Below, piece by piece: positions 11,477 to 25,461 of a stretch of 64,000 nt of DNA (position 1 is its first letter; every line of letters starts with the position of its first letter). The position numbers and the translations under genes were made by a program. The notes beneath the pieces were generated by a model, which made no database searches, was not told the origin of the DNA, and saw only the letters and a list, made by a program, of their open reading frames with translations. Source of the stretch: Podarcis liolepis (Eukaryota); NCBI GenBank assembly GCA_965112155.1, contig OZ218101.1. One strand, 5' to 3'.

Positions 11477-14400
11477 TTTCAGTATCTAAATAAGGGTACA
11501 CGCCATTGATATGCAAGCAAGCACTGATTGGACATATGCTTGGATGCATACTAGAAGTACAGTTGATGAGTATTTGTATGTTAATTGATATCTGATTGTA
11601 ATAATTAGATGCACATCTTCATGAAGTTGTAACCCTATCAAAGGGGTGTTAATTGTGAATTGTATTACCCTTGGAATTATATGTTCCTCCATTTTTCCTA
11701 GCTAGAAGGCAGGTTGGCTACTTTTGTCACTCTCATACACACATTTCTAAACCACTAATGAAGGACCTGTGGCCCTACAGATGTTGCCGGACATCTCCCA
11801 GCAGCTCCAGACAGCTTTACCAATGCTGAGGGATGATCAGCTGTACTCCAGCAACATCGAAAGGCCACAGCTTCTATACTGCTTGCCCAAAGCCGTTTCC
11901 AGAGGGGAAGCCATGTTGGTCTGTTACAACATAAACAAGATGTCTTGTGACATCTTAAAAGACTAACAAGATTATTTTGGAATAAGCTTCCTTGAAGCCT
12001 TACATTGGAATTGGTTAATCTTTATAGTTCCACACAAGGGTGCCTACTTGAACAAAACATTGGGGGGACCATTACTCCATGCAAGAGAAATGGAAGTTCT
12101 TTGAAGGTTTACAAATCATCTTTTTTTCCTTTCTTTTTTTACAAATCCTCAAAGCCTTTGTTACTCACAACATTTTTATACTTCATTATAAATTTTTTGG
12201 CTCTTTTCTTAAGTCAATTAATGCATGTTTAAAATTGAAAACATTAAAGTGTGTGTGTTATATTCACACAGTTTATCCCACTAGTCTCTAAAAGTACAGC
12301 TGGAGAAAGAGAGAGACTTCACTTTATTGAAAATGCTGATATGGCTTGACCATAATGGAAAGTTTTTCTTGAAAATCTCTCATGGCTTCTAACATTATTC
12401 AACTCAAAAATAAATAATGTTAATGTGATACTCCATTTTAAGCAGGTGGATGTCAAACAGGCACCTTTTCCTATTTTAATACATTGTTATTGTTATTGTT
12501 ATTATTCTTTCTGGACAAGACTTTAGCACAGCTCAGTTATTCTGAGGGGAATCTTTGTTGCACCAGCAGTAACAGCACTCAGATTTTCAAGGTTGCAATC
12601 ATTCAATAAATGCAACTTTAATATTATTCAATAGGGAATTATCTATATAAATAAATGGGGGAAGTAGCGGGAGCTATACAGATTTATATTTAGGTGATAT
12701 CATCATTATTATTGCTGTTGCTAACTTTTTCAACACAACAAAAGTAACATGTTTCAATACATCATAAACCAAGCAGATTAAAAAACCCACACATCTTCCA
12801 TAAACTATGCTAACTAAACCTTTAGTTGTAAAAGAAGCCTAAATGCTTCATTTTCTCCTCTGTTCCTTTCCATCCAGAAGTCAAGTACTTTCAAAACCTT
12901 TTTCAACCCACTTTCCTTTGTAAGAGCACTTTCTCTAGCTCAAATTTAATTTTCTGAAATGTAGCATAACCTAACCTTCATTTTCTTCATTATAAAGAAG
13001 CACATTAGAATTTATTTGTTTGTTTTGTTCTGTTACAATTTGATGGTGGGTACCATCCTGCTTTGTAGTTAGTAAAAAGTTCACCATGTTTCTAAATAGC
13101 TATCTTCAGGCATGAAATTAACAGCCAGTCTCTTCTTCCTATTGCATTTTCATAATTTATCCATAGTTACATTTTCCCTGGAGTTCTTATGTGAGTTCTC
13201 AGTGTCATTAAAAAACCAAACCAAAAAAACCCAACCCTAGCGGTTGACAAAAGCTTTTCCTAATATTATTTCCAAAACAGCATCTTCCCATCTTATCATA
13301 TTTACTCAGCACCTTGTTGGGTATATGAAAAATGTGTACATTCTATTTCTCGTCATTAGGTGTACGTATTTACTACTGGTTTTTAAGGGGGCGGAATCTA
13401 AAGAATATATAGATTAACTTTCTACTTTTTTCTGAAATTTAACAAAGGGATGCTACAGACAAATTTCTTTCAAGTTGCAATTCTAGACGGGCATACCTGA
13501 GAGTAAGCTCCCTTGAACAAAGTGGGACTTACTTCTGAGTAAATTTGCATAGCTGTCTTACTAAAGCAAGGGAAGCTAAATAGCGCCATCTGTAGGTATT
13601 ATGTTGTCATTACAGCCATTTTTCTAATCGTCAGACAATTAATAGTTTAACTACTCTAGCACCTCAGTGCCATAGTTACGCATGGCAGGGATCAGAGCTG
13701 CCATTCACCATAGAGCTGTTCTAATTTTCTGCCTACTCCTCCTTGGTGCCCTAAATTCACCCTACAATCCCACCAACATAAACAATAGATCCTCCAATTC
13801 ATACTTCAGGGAAATAGCTTGAGCACCACGTCTTCCTATTAGCCTCTGGGCTTGTCCACATTTGAGCATTATTTAGGTGTTAAACCATTCCCCCCCCCCC
13901 ATTCAGATTTAGCCAGAGTAGACTACACCCACACATATTTGAATCTGTAGTAACTATGAGTAGCAACTTTGGTATTTCCACTACATACTAGTAGGGAAAG
14001 GTGAAGGTAAAGGACCCCTGGTATGTATAAATCCATGCCCAAGAAGTGTGCAAAAGTACTCAGTTGGGCAATTGTAAATTTGCTTGTGTGGTTTTCTGGC
14101 TTTGTAAAAATCTGAGAGATCAAAAGAAGGGTGGGTGGGTGGGTGTGCTCCTGTCATGCCCTTACTAGCTCACTGGAAAAATAAATGAAAGCAATTGTAA
14201 ATTCCTAACACACACATTTCAGATTGTTCCTCAATATACATGGGGTGGAAGTTTTTTAAAAAGTTTTTTTTAAGTTTGCTTATGCAGTTTTCTGGTTTGG
14301 TGCAAATCTGAGGGTTCAAAAGGATCTTCCATTCAGCGGCACATTTGAAATAGTTAGAAGCATGTTGGAAAATAAATGAAAGCTTTGAGGAAGTAGTGGG

Positions 14401-16008
14401 CATGGAAATGGTAGTAGCAGAAAGTGACAATTAATTCACCCATCCCCAAACACTGAAACAAACAGTCTGCAACCTCAAGTGCAGTGGTTTATGCAGTGGG
14501 CAAAGTTTATCAGATTATCTCCATATTGGGTAAACCCAAATTTACAGGGGGAAGGCATTGTGATGGCTGGTGCTTGAGGGTAATGTTATGTGGACTGTGC
14601 AAATTAAATGGGAACACAAACGGTACACATAACATTCATTTAAAGGCTTATCTACATTGGAGTTTACTGTGTAGCTATGGTAATGCCTATATTGGCCCTC
14701 TACTTTAGGTTTAAAGTTAGTTTGCTTGAGGCATCTGGTTAAAGACACCTCTGTAAAATCACATATTTGATTAGGGTCTAAGGCTGCAAGGCTGCTCCTA
14801 CTTACCTTTACCTTTAAGTCCCATTTAATTTAATATAATTAGGCATGGCTAGGATTTGGAAGTAATTGCTGCAATTGATAGTGATCCATAGATTGGGAGT
14901 TTATTTATTATAACTTGCTGGGGGGCTAATAATACTATCAAATTTGGTTTAGCCCTATTGTCACACCATTGTGATTGCTGTCTATTACAAAAATTCGAGT
15001 TAAATAATACACATACCACATTTGTAAAAAGGGTATAATACTGCATTGTGTTGACAATTTGTACAAAGAGCATAATGTCATAGAAACTGCACTATAACCT
15101 AAACTTTGTCTTAAATGCTACTGGAGTCTCACAACTGATATGCCTTATTCAACAAACACAAATGAATTAATTCTCCCTATTGTCTCCATCTGGTCAAATA
15201 AATCTTTGTCCCCAGGGTGCCCCTAAACCCCAGGGACGTTCTCCTGAATGACAGAGGTGGAACATATCTACAGTTGCTCAATGGCATCTGTTAGGTGCCT
15301 TTAACATCTGGTGCTTCTCTTCTGTTTGAACCTGTGGCGTGACCCATCTAATATGTGCTAGGCACTGTACAAAAATAGAAAGAGCCAGTTGTTACCCAGT
15401 GATTCACAATTTATTTACTTAAAACAGTATACATCACCTTTATTTCACATATTGATTTGAAGAGGATTTGATAGGAAACACTTTCTCTTTGAATGTTCTA
15501 GCATACTTCTATTTCAAGCCAACCTGCAAAGTATATCACAAATACATTGGTAGTTGTGTCATTGATTTATTTAGCAACCTTATTGCATTCCCACACTATA
15601 ATAGAGTATCTACAGGTGACCAAAGCAACTATCTAGTCTACAAAAGTGTGACTTGACTGTATTGTTTGTTATGTTTTGTCTGGAGGATACAGTTCACGCG
15701 GGCTTACTGTCAAATAAGTGGGTATAGGCTTCAGCCCTCAAAAGAATCTCCTTGGTATCATTGCAAGCAATAACATAAGGAAATATGTAGTAACATTTCC
15801 TGTGACACAGCACACAAATTTCAGTGCAATCCTATCCATCTCTACTCAGAAGTAAAAAAAACCCTCACTGAGTTTAAGAGGAAATCCCAGGTTTGTGTGC
15901 ATAAGATACTTCTTTGTGTGCTTAAGTTACTTCTTTCTACTTTTACTGTGCAACACAGCATGTCTGGGATTTTTGGTAATTTAATTATACACTCATACTA
16001 GCATACAT

Positions 16009-16274
16009 AGTAAACTACAATCATTGCATCGCAAGGAGCTCTGAGCTACACCTTTGGAACCAATATGTGAAGGAGATTTTGAGAGAAATTCTGCCACCTT
16101 GTGGAACCCCAAGCCAGCTGGCATTAATAGCTCACAAGTATCACTCACATACTCTTTCCCCTCTTTTTTCATAGGGTTCCTTCCAATTTCTGCTTTTCTC
16201 TCAAAATCTCCTTCGTGGCTTGGTTCCAAACTTGTAGCTCAGAACTCCATGTGATATAATGATTGTAACTTACT
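16009..16274. mobile_element. Palindromic element with about 80-bp inverted arms (MITE-like)
   Basis: 16009-16088 and 16195-16274 are reverse complements at roughly 80 percent identity. Confidence 0.8.
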
Positions 16275-18244
16275 CTTCATTTATGATAGTAAGACTGTAT
16301 GTTTGTCTCATTACACTACTTTGAGGTTTTCCATCCCTGCACACCTCAGAATGACTGGCCTAAGCCATTTTATATTGTGACAGTCATTTTAACTATGTAA
16401 CCAACCCCACATTCTGTCCATTCTTTTATTAAAAATGTTGAAAAGGTGGTGAGAGTCTGCTTGTCTGCCTGCGTTCTCCTGAACAAATCTGCTGGTGTGG
16501 CTGAGGGAGACATTATTAGAAAACTGAGAGGGGAAGGTAATCTTTTTCTACCTGAGAAATCAGTGTTGTCCATAATACATTATTATATTTGATTTGATTT
16601 TTCTAAAGTATTTTCAATTGAAGGATACAAGTGAAGAAACCATTCCTGGATTTGAGATGGATTAAGCCACTGTATGGATTAAGCAGTGATTGTATACAGT
16701 AAATGAAGATCTCTGTACCTAGAGAGGGATTAGAGAAAAATATAAATATTCCGTTTTCTTTTTCCTCTCTGCTCACTTTGCATATTTGGCAGCTTGTTCT
16801 GTAGGGCCAGTGTTAACTGGTTCTACAGGATCATTCAATCATTTTCTTATTGTATGTGGATTCTTTCACACTAAATTGTTTTTCAAAGCATGGGAAAACT
16901 TCACAGTAAAACTACAAAAGAAACCCAACCTAGCAGTATGATGTATGCCAGGATGCCATGCCAAATGAAATCTAGAAACCATTATTTAAAGCATTTAAGT
17001 TCCGGACATTCTCTTCTTTTTAAAAGTCCTTAAGAAAAACAGATTAGCCTGTTCCTGCTCTACCCAGTAGCAAAATCTGCAGCATATGTAGACTCAGAAG
17101 TAATGCCTTTTATTTCTGTGGAACACATAGTAAGGGTGCATAGGATTTAACTTTTCTAGCCTGATATTTCCACCAAAATTGGTTTTGTGGGAATGGGCAT
17201 TCCTCTTAAATATTGTAGCTTAATGGAGGCCTGTATAGAGCAACACCATTATCTGTGTGGTCTAAGGACATGTGGCATAACTATCTTTAGAGAAGGCTGG
17301 ATGAGAAATGACCTACAAACCTCATGCGCACTGCCTGGAATCCCATGATGAACTAAATGAGGCATATAAATGCACTAAATAAATAAAAGAATAGCCGGAT
17401 TCTCCATGTTAAGATGAAAAAGAATTGACTGCTTAATGTTAAACATGAACACAAATATAGCAATGTACAGTACTAGAAACCTGCTGGAATGGAGAAAAAC
17501 GGAGGTGCAATTAGTCCCAGATAGATAGGGAAAAGCATATTTATTTTACCTATTAAGAGCATTTATGTTCCCACCCTTCTTTCATGCCTACTGTGAGCCT
17601 CTTTGGACCATATTCCCTTTCGGTCGGCATTTTAGAAAGTAAAATCTCCTGTTCTCCCATGAAATGAATGGGAACAGCTGTACAAAAGTAGGGCAAGTTT
17701 CATTCATTTTAGTTGGCCTTGCCCAAGGGAATGTTCCAGTGGATTGTACTCATGATCTTTTTATACCTTCTGGGAACTTCAGCCTTGATGATACCTTTTA
17801 TATTATTAATTTTCAAGCTTCTGAAAGTTGAACAGCGCTTTTTCTTTATTGTTCCTGCCTATTGCTTGCTGTCTTGCATTTGTATTGTGCCATCTACTTC
17901 CTCTCCAGATATATTACGGATCTCTTCCCAATGTGTAAAATGTTTACTTCAGTAATAATACATGCATATGAAAATGTGGTCCACAGATTGTATGTATGTA
18001 TGTATGTAATTTTCAAATCTATTTCACTTAATCATAACAATACTGAGCCACTAGATGGCATATTTCCACCTATAACAAATGCAATTAATACACTTTTTCA
18101 TCTCCAACCTTCTCATATTCTTATCCCTATAATGTAGTTAATTTACTATGGTTAATTTGGAGGCTTCCGAGTTTCCTGTACACTTAATCTGATAGGTAAC
18201 ATTGAGACTAGGTGGGATGAGACTCACAACTGAAATATAGCAGA

Positions 18245-18660
18245 TTTGGGAATCCACAGACCAGTTGGGCTGATGTTGGTAAACTTCTAAACAGGTTGGC
18301 CCAAGTAGGCAAAATTATAGAACAGATTTTTAAGTGATTTTCATCTGTGAGCATCCAGAAAAGAATGTTGCAATTTCTAGAATCCAGCATGAGTTTATCA
18401 ACAATGCATCATGCTAGGCCAGCTGTATCTCTTTTTTGATAGCTATTAGTGCGGTAGACCACTTTGATTTCAGAAAAAAGGCATTTGACAAGGTATCCTA
18501 TGATCTGCTTGTTGACAAGATGGTAAAATGTGGTATAAAAATACTCAGGTCGGTCCACAGATGGTTGAGCAACCATGCCCAACAAAGATTCATTAATTGG
18601 TTCTGTATCAAACTGGAAGGAGATCTCAAGTTCCACGGAGTTTTCTATGTGATGTTCAAC
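18245..18660 (+). mobile_element. CR1 LINE reverse-transcriptase relic
   Basis: Degenerate peptide DFRKKAFDKVSYDLLVDKMVKCG...VHRWLSNHAQ, preceded by a GKIIEQI-like segment; frameshifted. Confidence 0.85.
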
Positions 18661-19212
18661 ACTTTAATGTTCTGCACTTTAATTTGGTTTAATGAGAAAT
18701 AATACCAACTAATTCCTCAGCTCTCCCCCCCTCAGGTAATTCCAGTTACATGAGGAGAGGGAGCAGGGGTATGTTCATTGGTGCCATCCCCTAGATTGTG
18801 GTCTTCATGGCCCTTCCCTTCAGTCCCCATTTGAGCTGAAAGCCTGCGTCTGACAGCCTATTCTGCTCAGACTGGCTCCTCATGCAATTTGGAACCCTAA
18901 TCTCCACAGCATGAGTCCCACAAGTAAGGAAACAAACATTGTGGGCATTATCCAACCAAGTAGTTTCTTAGCTGTGCAACAGAACTTCCCCTCCCTCTCC
19001 TTGTGCCTCTCCCAAACTATGTTCCTGGATTTCCCTCAACCCCCAGAGCAGGTTGGGGAGGGTGCAAGGGCTGCAAAGGAAGGGGAAGGAAGAGGGAGGA
19101 GACGTTCCACTGCACAGACAGAAATCCTTCAACTAACTGAACTATTTTGTTGGATACTATCCTATGTTCTAAAATAGCATTTATTATCCATATGTACGTG
19201 ACATATGTATGT

Positions 19213-19670
19213 GTCCGTATAGTAAAAGCTATGGTTTTCCCAGTAGTGATGTATGAAAGTGAGAGCTGGACCATAAAGAAGGCTGATCGCCGAAGAATTG
19301 ATGCTTTTGAATTATGGTGCTGGAGAAGACTCTTGAGAGTCCCATGGACTGCAAGAAGATCAAATGTATCCATTGTTAAGGAAATCAGCCCTGAGTGCTC
19401 ACTGGAAGGACAGATCGTGAAGCTGAGGCTCCAATACTTTGGCCACCTCATGAGAAGAGAAGACTCCCTGGAAAAGACCCTGATGCTGGGAAAGATGGAG
19501 GGCACAAGGAGAAGGGGACGACAGAGGATGAGATGGTTGGACAGTGTTCTCGAAGCTACCAGCATGAGTCTGACCAAACTGCGGGAGGCAGTGGAAGACA
19601 GGAGTGCCTGGCGTGCTCTGGTCCATGGGGTCACGAAGAGTCGGACACGACTAAACGACTAAACAACAAC
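19213..19670 (+). mobile_element. BovB (RTE) LINE, 5'-truncated 3' end
   Basis: VKAMVFPVVMYESESWTIKKADRRRIDAFELWCWRRLLRVPWTARRSN...LEKTLMLGKMEG; ends GACTAAACAACAAC. Confidence 0.95.
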
Positions 19671-20009
19671 ACATGACAACAGAAATCATGGAAAGCAAGT
19701 AGTGTACCAAATTTCTTCCATCAAAATGTGTCCTACTGCTGGGGATTCTGAACACAATAACCAGCACATTTTCCATGCAAAAAGATGCCTGGTCCAGGTA
19801 ACAAAAAGCTGGTAGTCTACACAGCAACTCAGTACCTATGGAGAGTTTACATATGCAACACAGTTAAAATCTGTTCACAAATTAAGTCTGAATATATGCC
19901 CCCTCAGCTTCCACACCAATCTCAGTGCCCCTTGATTGCTGTCACCTGTTCCAAACTGTCACCTGTTCCAAACTGTAACTATTAACTTAAACTGTAACCT
20001 GTAACTTAA

Positions 20010-20166
20010 ATAAAATATGGGGGGGTCAGGAAAGCCCCAACCCACATAATTGATCATGCACAACATTTGAATGGCAATGCCCATTAACATGGAGGGAGCC
20101 CAGCCCCATCAAATATTTTATTGTGGGGTCCAAAAACACCCCTCCCCCCAGGAGTTGGCTCCTATG
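20010..20166. mobile_element. DNA transposon fragment
   Basis: Ends GGAGTTGGCTCCTATG, resembling a hAT-type terminus; only one end seen. Confidence 0.4.
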
Positions 20167-20968
20167 GTGTTAAGATAAAGAAGAACTCTCAGTGTCCTGT
20201 TCTTCTTTCACAGACATCTTACAGATTGTGGCTATTTTGTTTTACAACTGTACATATGCCTTCCTGTATGCTTTCTGTCATTTCTAATACAAAATCTTAA
20301 ACTGCCAATCTGTGCAAGAGGGGCTAATAAAACTAGGTATTTATTTTACTGAGTTATTAATGAAGTGGTGTAGGCCTCAAGCGTCTCTCCTGGTTGTCAT
20401 GGTAGCTCAGGCTGCAAGCCTCCAGAAAACATAAAAGAACAGTAAGTGCAAGACCACACATTCCACCCGGTCTTGTTGATTAACCAGGCTGTCAAATGAA
20501 AGCAAAGCACCAGTACAGTCGCAGATAAAATCTGCAAAGTGAAGAGCAACACCGCCAAACTACTCAACAGACAAGAAGCGTAAGTACTCTTCTCTGTTGC
20601 TAAACAAAATTGTGTGCTGCTATTATAGAAAGAGCAGAGCGTAATTCCTAATGCCCGAGAAACAAGCCGCTTTCTACCACAGCAGCGTTCTGTCATTAAG
20701 CTTCATTCCTGAAAGTCTCTTTCTGAATCTCAAACTTCAGTACCATGTAGCTTTTCCTATGAATAAGTTTGTAAACTCAGGACAGAGACTTTTAATATCA
20801 GAACACTACGTGTGCATGTTATTATTATTTCTGAATTAACATTCTTTATATAAGCAATGAAGCTAATAAATGAAAAACAGTCAATTTGGTCTCAAACTTT
20901 CCAAGTTTATCGAGACTAGTTTTCTGAGCTGTGTTGACTGTACAGGGATAAGAGCAAAAATCAAATTA

Positions 20969-21055
20969 CCATATTTTTCGCCCTATAGAACGCACTTTTC
21001 CCCCTCCAAAAATGAAGGGGAAATGTGTGTGCGTCCTATGGGGCGAAAAATACGG
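20969..21055. mobile_element. 87-bp Tc1/mariner (pogo-like) MITE
   Basis: 27-bp TIRs CCRTATTTTTCGCCCYATAGRACGCAC with 3 mismatches; TA on both sides. Confidence 0.9.
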
Positions 21056-21944
21056 TACATTTTTATCATGAAACCTGTCGTTAGGAAATTACCCGTATGT
21101 TTCAAGGATTTGTTTTATTTGTAAGAGGTTTCTGTGCTATTTAGTTAAAGCATAAAGCTACAAACCATGCAGCCCAAGTCAGGGAGGAAAAGAGTACTGT
21201 ATTCAAGATTAACTTGATATAACTAATATGTGAAAGGGGGCATGTGAAAAGTGCTGTTGTTACTCCAGTGCCAGTAACGAACCTTGTGGTGTAATTCTAA
21301 TACCTCAGATTTCAAGCAGTTTTTAAGACCTGGCTACACTCTCACTGTGCTCCTTCAACATGTAGGAAGTTCAAAAAGGAGTTGTCAGCTTGGCAAATTT
21401 AGTTTATCATTATTTCTTTTGGAGGTAATATTTTCCCTTGCATGTTTGCTTTCATGTTTAAGTTGCCTCCCGTTAAAATTTTGAATTCCTATCTTTGTCA
21501 GTCCCACTTTAGGAAAATGCTTTCTTCCAGTATCAGTAGAAACATTTAGTGGGAGTGACAGGCGGCTATGATACCACATGCTTGGGTAAAACAAACATTG
21601 GCAATGCAATCATTCCACTGGCATCTGCAAGTTTATCTAAAAGAAAACTAATTCCAGGAGCTAAAACCTGGGAAGCTTATTAAAAAACTCACATTCTTTC
21701 TCTATAGCTTTTCTTGTTTTAAAGGCAATGATGTTGCTTAAAAATGTAAAACAACAATACACATAGATTTAGGGCCAAACTACACATTATAATAAGCACG
21801 TGTTAAAAAGCATGCTTACAGCTAGACATTATTTGCTTAGAATAACCAGCTGCAGGATACCCTGATCCAGACTGGGACATGGTATGGGGAGAGGGGAGGT
21901 TTAACCCTCTCAGCCCTACTCTGTTCCCCACCAGATATCCCCCC

Positions 21945-22294
21945 TGTTGTGACGTGGGGTTTGTGATTTCAGCTCTCTTGACATAATATGCTGGAGACAG
22001 TTCTCTAGTAACACTTCTTTATTAAGGCAAACAGGACTGAAGACTGAGGAGGGGAAAGCTACATTTATAGGGACAGGGAATTAGCTAGAAAGGATACATT
22101 TTGGAGGGAACAATATCAGGCAATCACAGTCCTGCCTTTTGGAGGAAACCAATAAGACAGAGGATCCAAATACAGCAGCTTAAATGAACCAATAGTAGCA
22201 GTACCCTTTGAAACCAAAAGGCAGTTACTTTACCCTAATGCAAATACAGACAATAATAATACAGATATAAAATCCTTTGACTCAATACACAACA
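21945..22294 (-). mobile_element. Solo LTR, 350 bp
   Basis: TGTTGTG...CACAACA termini; CCCCC on both flanks (5-bp TSD); TATAAA and AATAAA on the minus strand in LTR order. Confidence 0.8.
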
Positions 22295-23781
22295 CCCCCT
22301 TGCTGTTATTTGTTCCTAAAGTTGCTACTGTATTTGCAGTCAATAGAATGTAGCTAACTAATGATGAACTACAAGAGCTATTGTTTTATGGGGTTTGCTC
22401 AGAAAATTTCACCAGGAAGAAACCATTTACATCAACTATGTGTATACCTATGCAAGGAGATCTGGGGGAAGCATTTTTCAAAGAAGGAATTCCCCTATGT
22501 GAATTCGGCAGTGAGAGTTACAACACTTACTTTCTGGGTGCTTGTTAATATGATGTCAAAAGACCGTTCCATCACAAACTGCCATGACTTTGTAAGCAAC
22601 TTTCTCAATGGATTGGTTCAAAACATAAGACCCCACCATAGCCTTGGAATAAGCCTTGGGCTTCTAGGCTTCCTCATACTTTGCATCTTCCCCTCATGTC
22701 CATGCTTGTAGCAAACCATTGTCCGTAATTACATCTGAGGCAAAAACAAAACAAAATTATGGCTTTGGTTTTGCCTTGCAAATCATGATTGTAAATCCAA
22801 GTTTGATCTTGGTTTGCACAGCAAGCACAAATTATTTTGCCAGGTTGGTTGCAACAACAAATGATGGTTTGCTGCAAACCAAGAAAGGACATACTGAATC
22901 ACAGAGTGCACAAGAAGAGGAGGGGGTGCACAAACTCATTCACATAGTACCCAACCATTGTTTGCTTAGCATCCAAACTGAACCACTGTGTAGTATATTG
23001 TCAAATGAGACCCCAAAAGGGTTTTGGATGCCAGGGATACTAAAAAACAAACATTTTCTCAGAAATAAAGCCCTTACAGATTTATGTTTTTGAACAGGAT
23101 GTTCATTGGCCTGGTGGAATTAACAATGAGACAAAACATCTGCACAAACTCATCTTGGAGGCTTTTGCAGTCATGACAGCAAAACAGGTCCTAGAATTTA
23201 TTTACAGAAAACTAGTGGTTGGGTTTTCCCCTCTATTTTTTTTAAGGATCAGGGGACTACTATCTAGTCCTACTGGAATGTTATTTATAACAAGCTCCCA
23301 ATTTAATTCCATCTTATCTAGGCAGTTTAATGCTTCACCACAGAACCAACCACAAGGCCTAAATAATGTACAGTATATTAAACTTGGGAAAGTACTGTTT
23401 TAAGACTTCTACTAAACTGCTGTTTGAAAGCAGATTACTTTTTACTTCAACTACAAGGTTTTAGTATTTTTACCCTTTTTTTAGTTTGCTTCCTTCCCCT
23501 CCTCTCTACTTATTATTTGTAAACTTATTATTGCTGCTCATTTCTGTTTATAAAATAATATGGGCAATATTCAGTGCTAGTCATACACAGTGCTTACATA
23601 GAACTAGCTGTTGGATTGTAAATTGAAATAAATGGAGAAGAAACTAATATTTTTAATGTGTCTACTCTGAGTATGACAAATGTTGGCTATTAACTTAAAT
23701 TTGTGTTGTTTACACAAATTTGCCCCAATATATTATGAAATTGGAATTTTCTTAAGGCCAGGTCAGGCATGCATAGAGAAG

Positions 23782-23878
23782 CATAGAATCATATACTTGT
23801 AGAGTTGGAAAGGACTCCGAGGATCATCTAGTCCAACCACCTGCAATGTAGGAATATGCAGCTGTCCCATAAGGGGAC
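23782..23878 (-). mobile_element. CR1 3' end fragment
   Basis: CATAGAATCATA...AGAGTTGGAAAGGAC...ATCATCTAGTCCAACC. Confidence 0.75.
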
Positions 23879-23879
23879 C

Positions 23880-24204
23880 ATCTGGTTCTGGGAAGCGGGT
23901 GGAGGGAAGCTGACCGCAGCAGAAAGGGAAGATACCCATGACTCTTCACCAGCTTGACTCATTTCTTGGCCTCCTCCTCTGCTTCAGCTTCTGCCTCTGA
24001 TTCTGGACTTTTCTGCCACAGACTCTCCCAGCTCACTAAGATCTGTCACCTCTTCAACTTCCGATAACTCCTCCTCCCAGACTTCTCCCTCTTTTCTCTC
24101 TGATCACTCATCGTTGTGCTGCCCCCTTCCATCTCTGAGCCTTCTTCCCTTGATGGTTCCCCAGCTGGTTCCTCCCACCATTCCTCTGCATCCAACCAGT
24201 CCAG
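23880..24204 (-). mobile_element. Purine-skewed interspersed repeat fragment (LTR-like)
   Basis: Abrupt CT-rich block with sharp borders; family not certain. Confidence 0.4.
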
Positions 24205-24371
24205 GGGGTTGTTGAAGGAAAAATATTATCCAAACATGTAAATAGTGACAGTTTTTATACCCCCTGGTTTTCAAATAGGATCTAAACACCTGAAGCAAGA
24301 AATGGAGGTAAAAGAGATCAATATAACTGCAAATGAAGATACAGGCCAATAAAAGCCTCAATGTAGGACCA

Positions 24372-24577
24372 GCATGGATAGCTGGCTTGGGTGAATATCT
24401 GATATTTCCTCCCTTTATGGTTTTGATTTATGGCCTGCTACTAAAATGTGGCTGCATTTTAAGCCGTATTTTAATTAACTGTTTGTTTGTTGTTGTTTCT
24501 ATTACGTTTTATTGTAATTCATATTTGGTGTTAGCCGCCCAGAGCCTGGCCCTGGCTGGGGAGGGCGTAGAAATAAA

Positions 24578-24625
<48 letters not shown>
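24372..24625 (+). mobile_element. L2-type LINE 3' end with (TTA)n tail
   Basis: T-rich stretch, GTTAGCCGCCCAGAGCC...GGGAGGGCG, then AATAAA and (TTA)n at 24578-24625. Confidence 0.75.
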
Positions 24626-24959
24626 TGTATCCGTGAATGAATGTCAGAATAACAACCCTTGTTATTACTAGTCAAACAAAATCCTGACCTATCTGAAATT
24701 TGGTTATGAGCGCTGATGTGAGAATTTTTTGATAGTGCTTCAAATCTTTTGAATATTTACCCAAAAAAGATGCTATTGCTGTTTTTATGGTGTTGTGGAT
24801 GCTTTAGCATTGTTGTATAAGAAAGGCAGTCACTTCCTGCACTTCTTAAAAGGTACATAGGTTACAGATAATGAGCAATTTCTGTTAAAAACTATTCTTA
24901 AATGGCAAGTAGCTGGTTTTTATATGTCTGAGTTCCAGCAAGTATTCTCTATTCCCCAT

Positions 24960-25461
24960 TCTAATAGCCGTTCAAAAGATGCATTAAAGAACAGGAGCCG
25001 GTGATTGATCGTAACAGACTTTGTCATTGTAGTCAAACAGATTTTCCACTCTCATAAAGAGCAGCTTGCCAACCGCTACAGGGAAACTATTTTTCAAAAT
25101 GCCGAATGATGCAAGCAGTAAAGTAGTTTGAGTAGGAGTCTTGAAACACGCACGACCATGTAGGTAACCCTTGGATCAAATATCAGTGCAGTGTGGGTGG
25201 TAAAAATTATCAGAGGAAGAGTATGTGGCTCAGGGTGGTACTTGCTGAAGCACAGAGAAACTTCAGGACTCACTGACACTAGTTTGTGTTGCAGAAAGAG
25301 CCAGAAAAGGTGAGAAAACATTTCCAAAAGTAACTCTTCTTGCAACTTCAAGATATAAGAGTACTGCTTATATGGAAGAACTCTGCTTAAGCATACTGAG
25401 TCAAGTCAAATGTGAAGTGGTGCTGGTTTTGGAGGCATGATATGAATAAAGCAAAGCTAAG
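24960..25461 (+). promoter_or_regulatory. Candidate C21orf62 promoter / 5' non-coding exon region
   Basis: Local CpG enrichment at 24960-25160 and a perfect donor AAG|GTAAGT at 25462, upstream of the coding-exon acceptor; inference only. Confidence 0.35.

Noticed and set aside
19017-19634. 205-aa minus-strand ORF
   Set aside because: Antisense frame of the BovB fragment
22361-23093. 116-aa and 124-aa ORFs
   Set aside because: No recognisable homology or exon structure
24333-24671. 112-aa ORF with poly-Leu
   Set aside because: Translation of an L2 tail and (TTA)n
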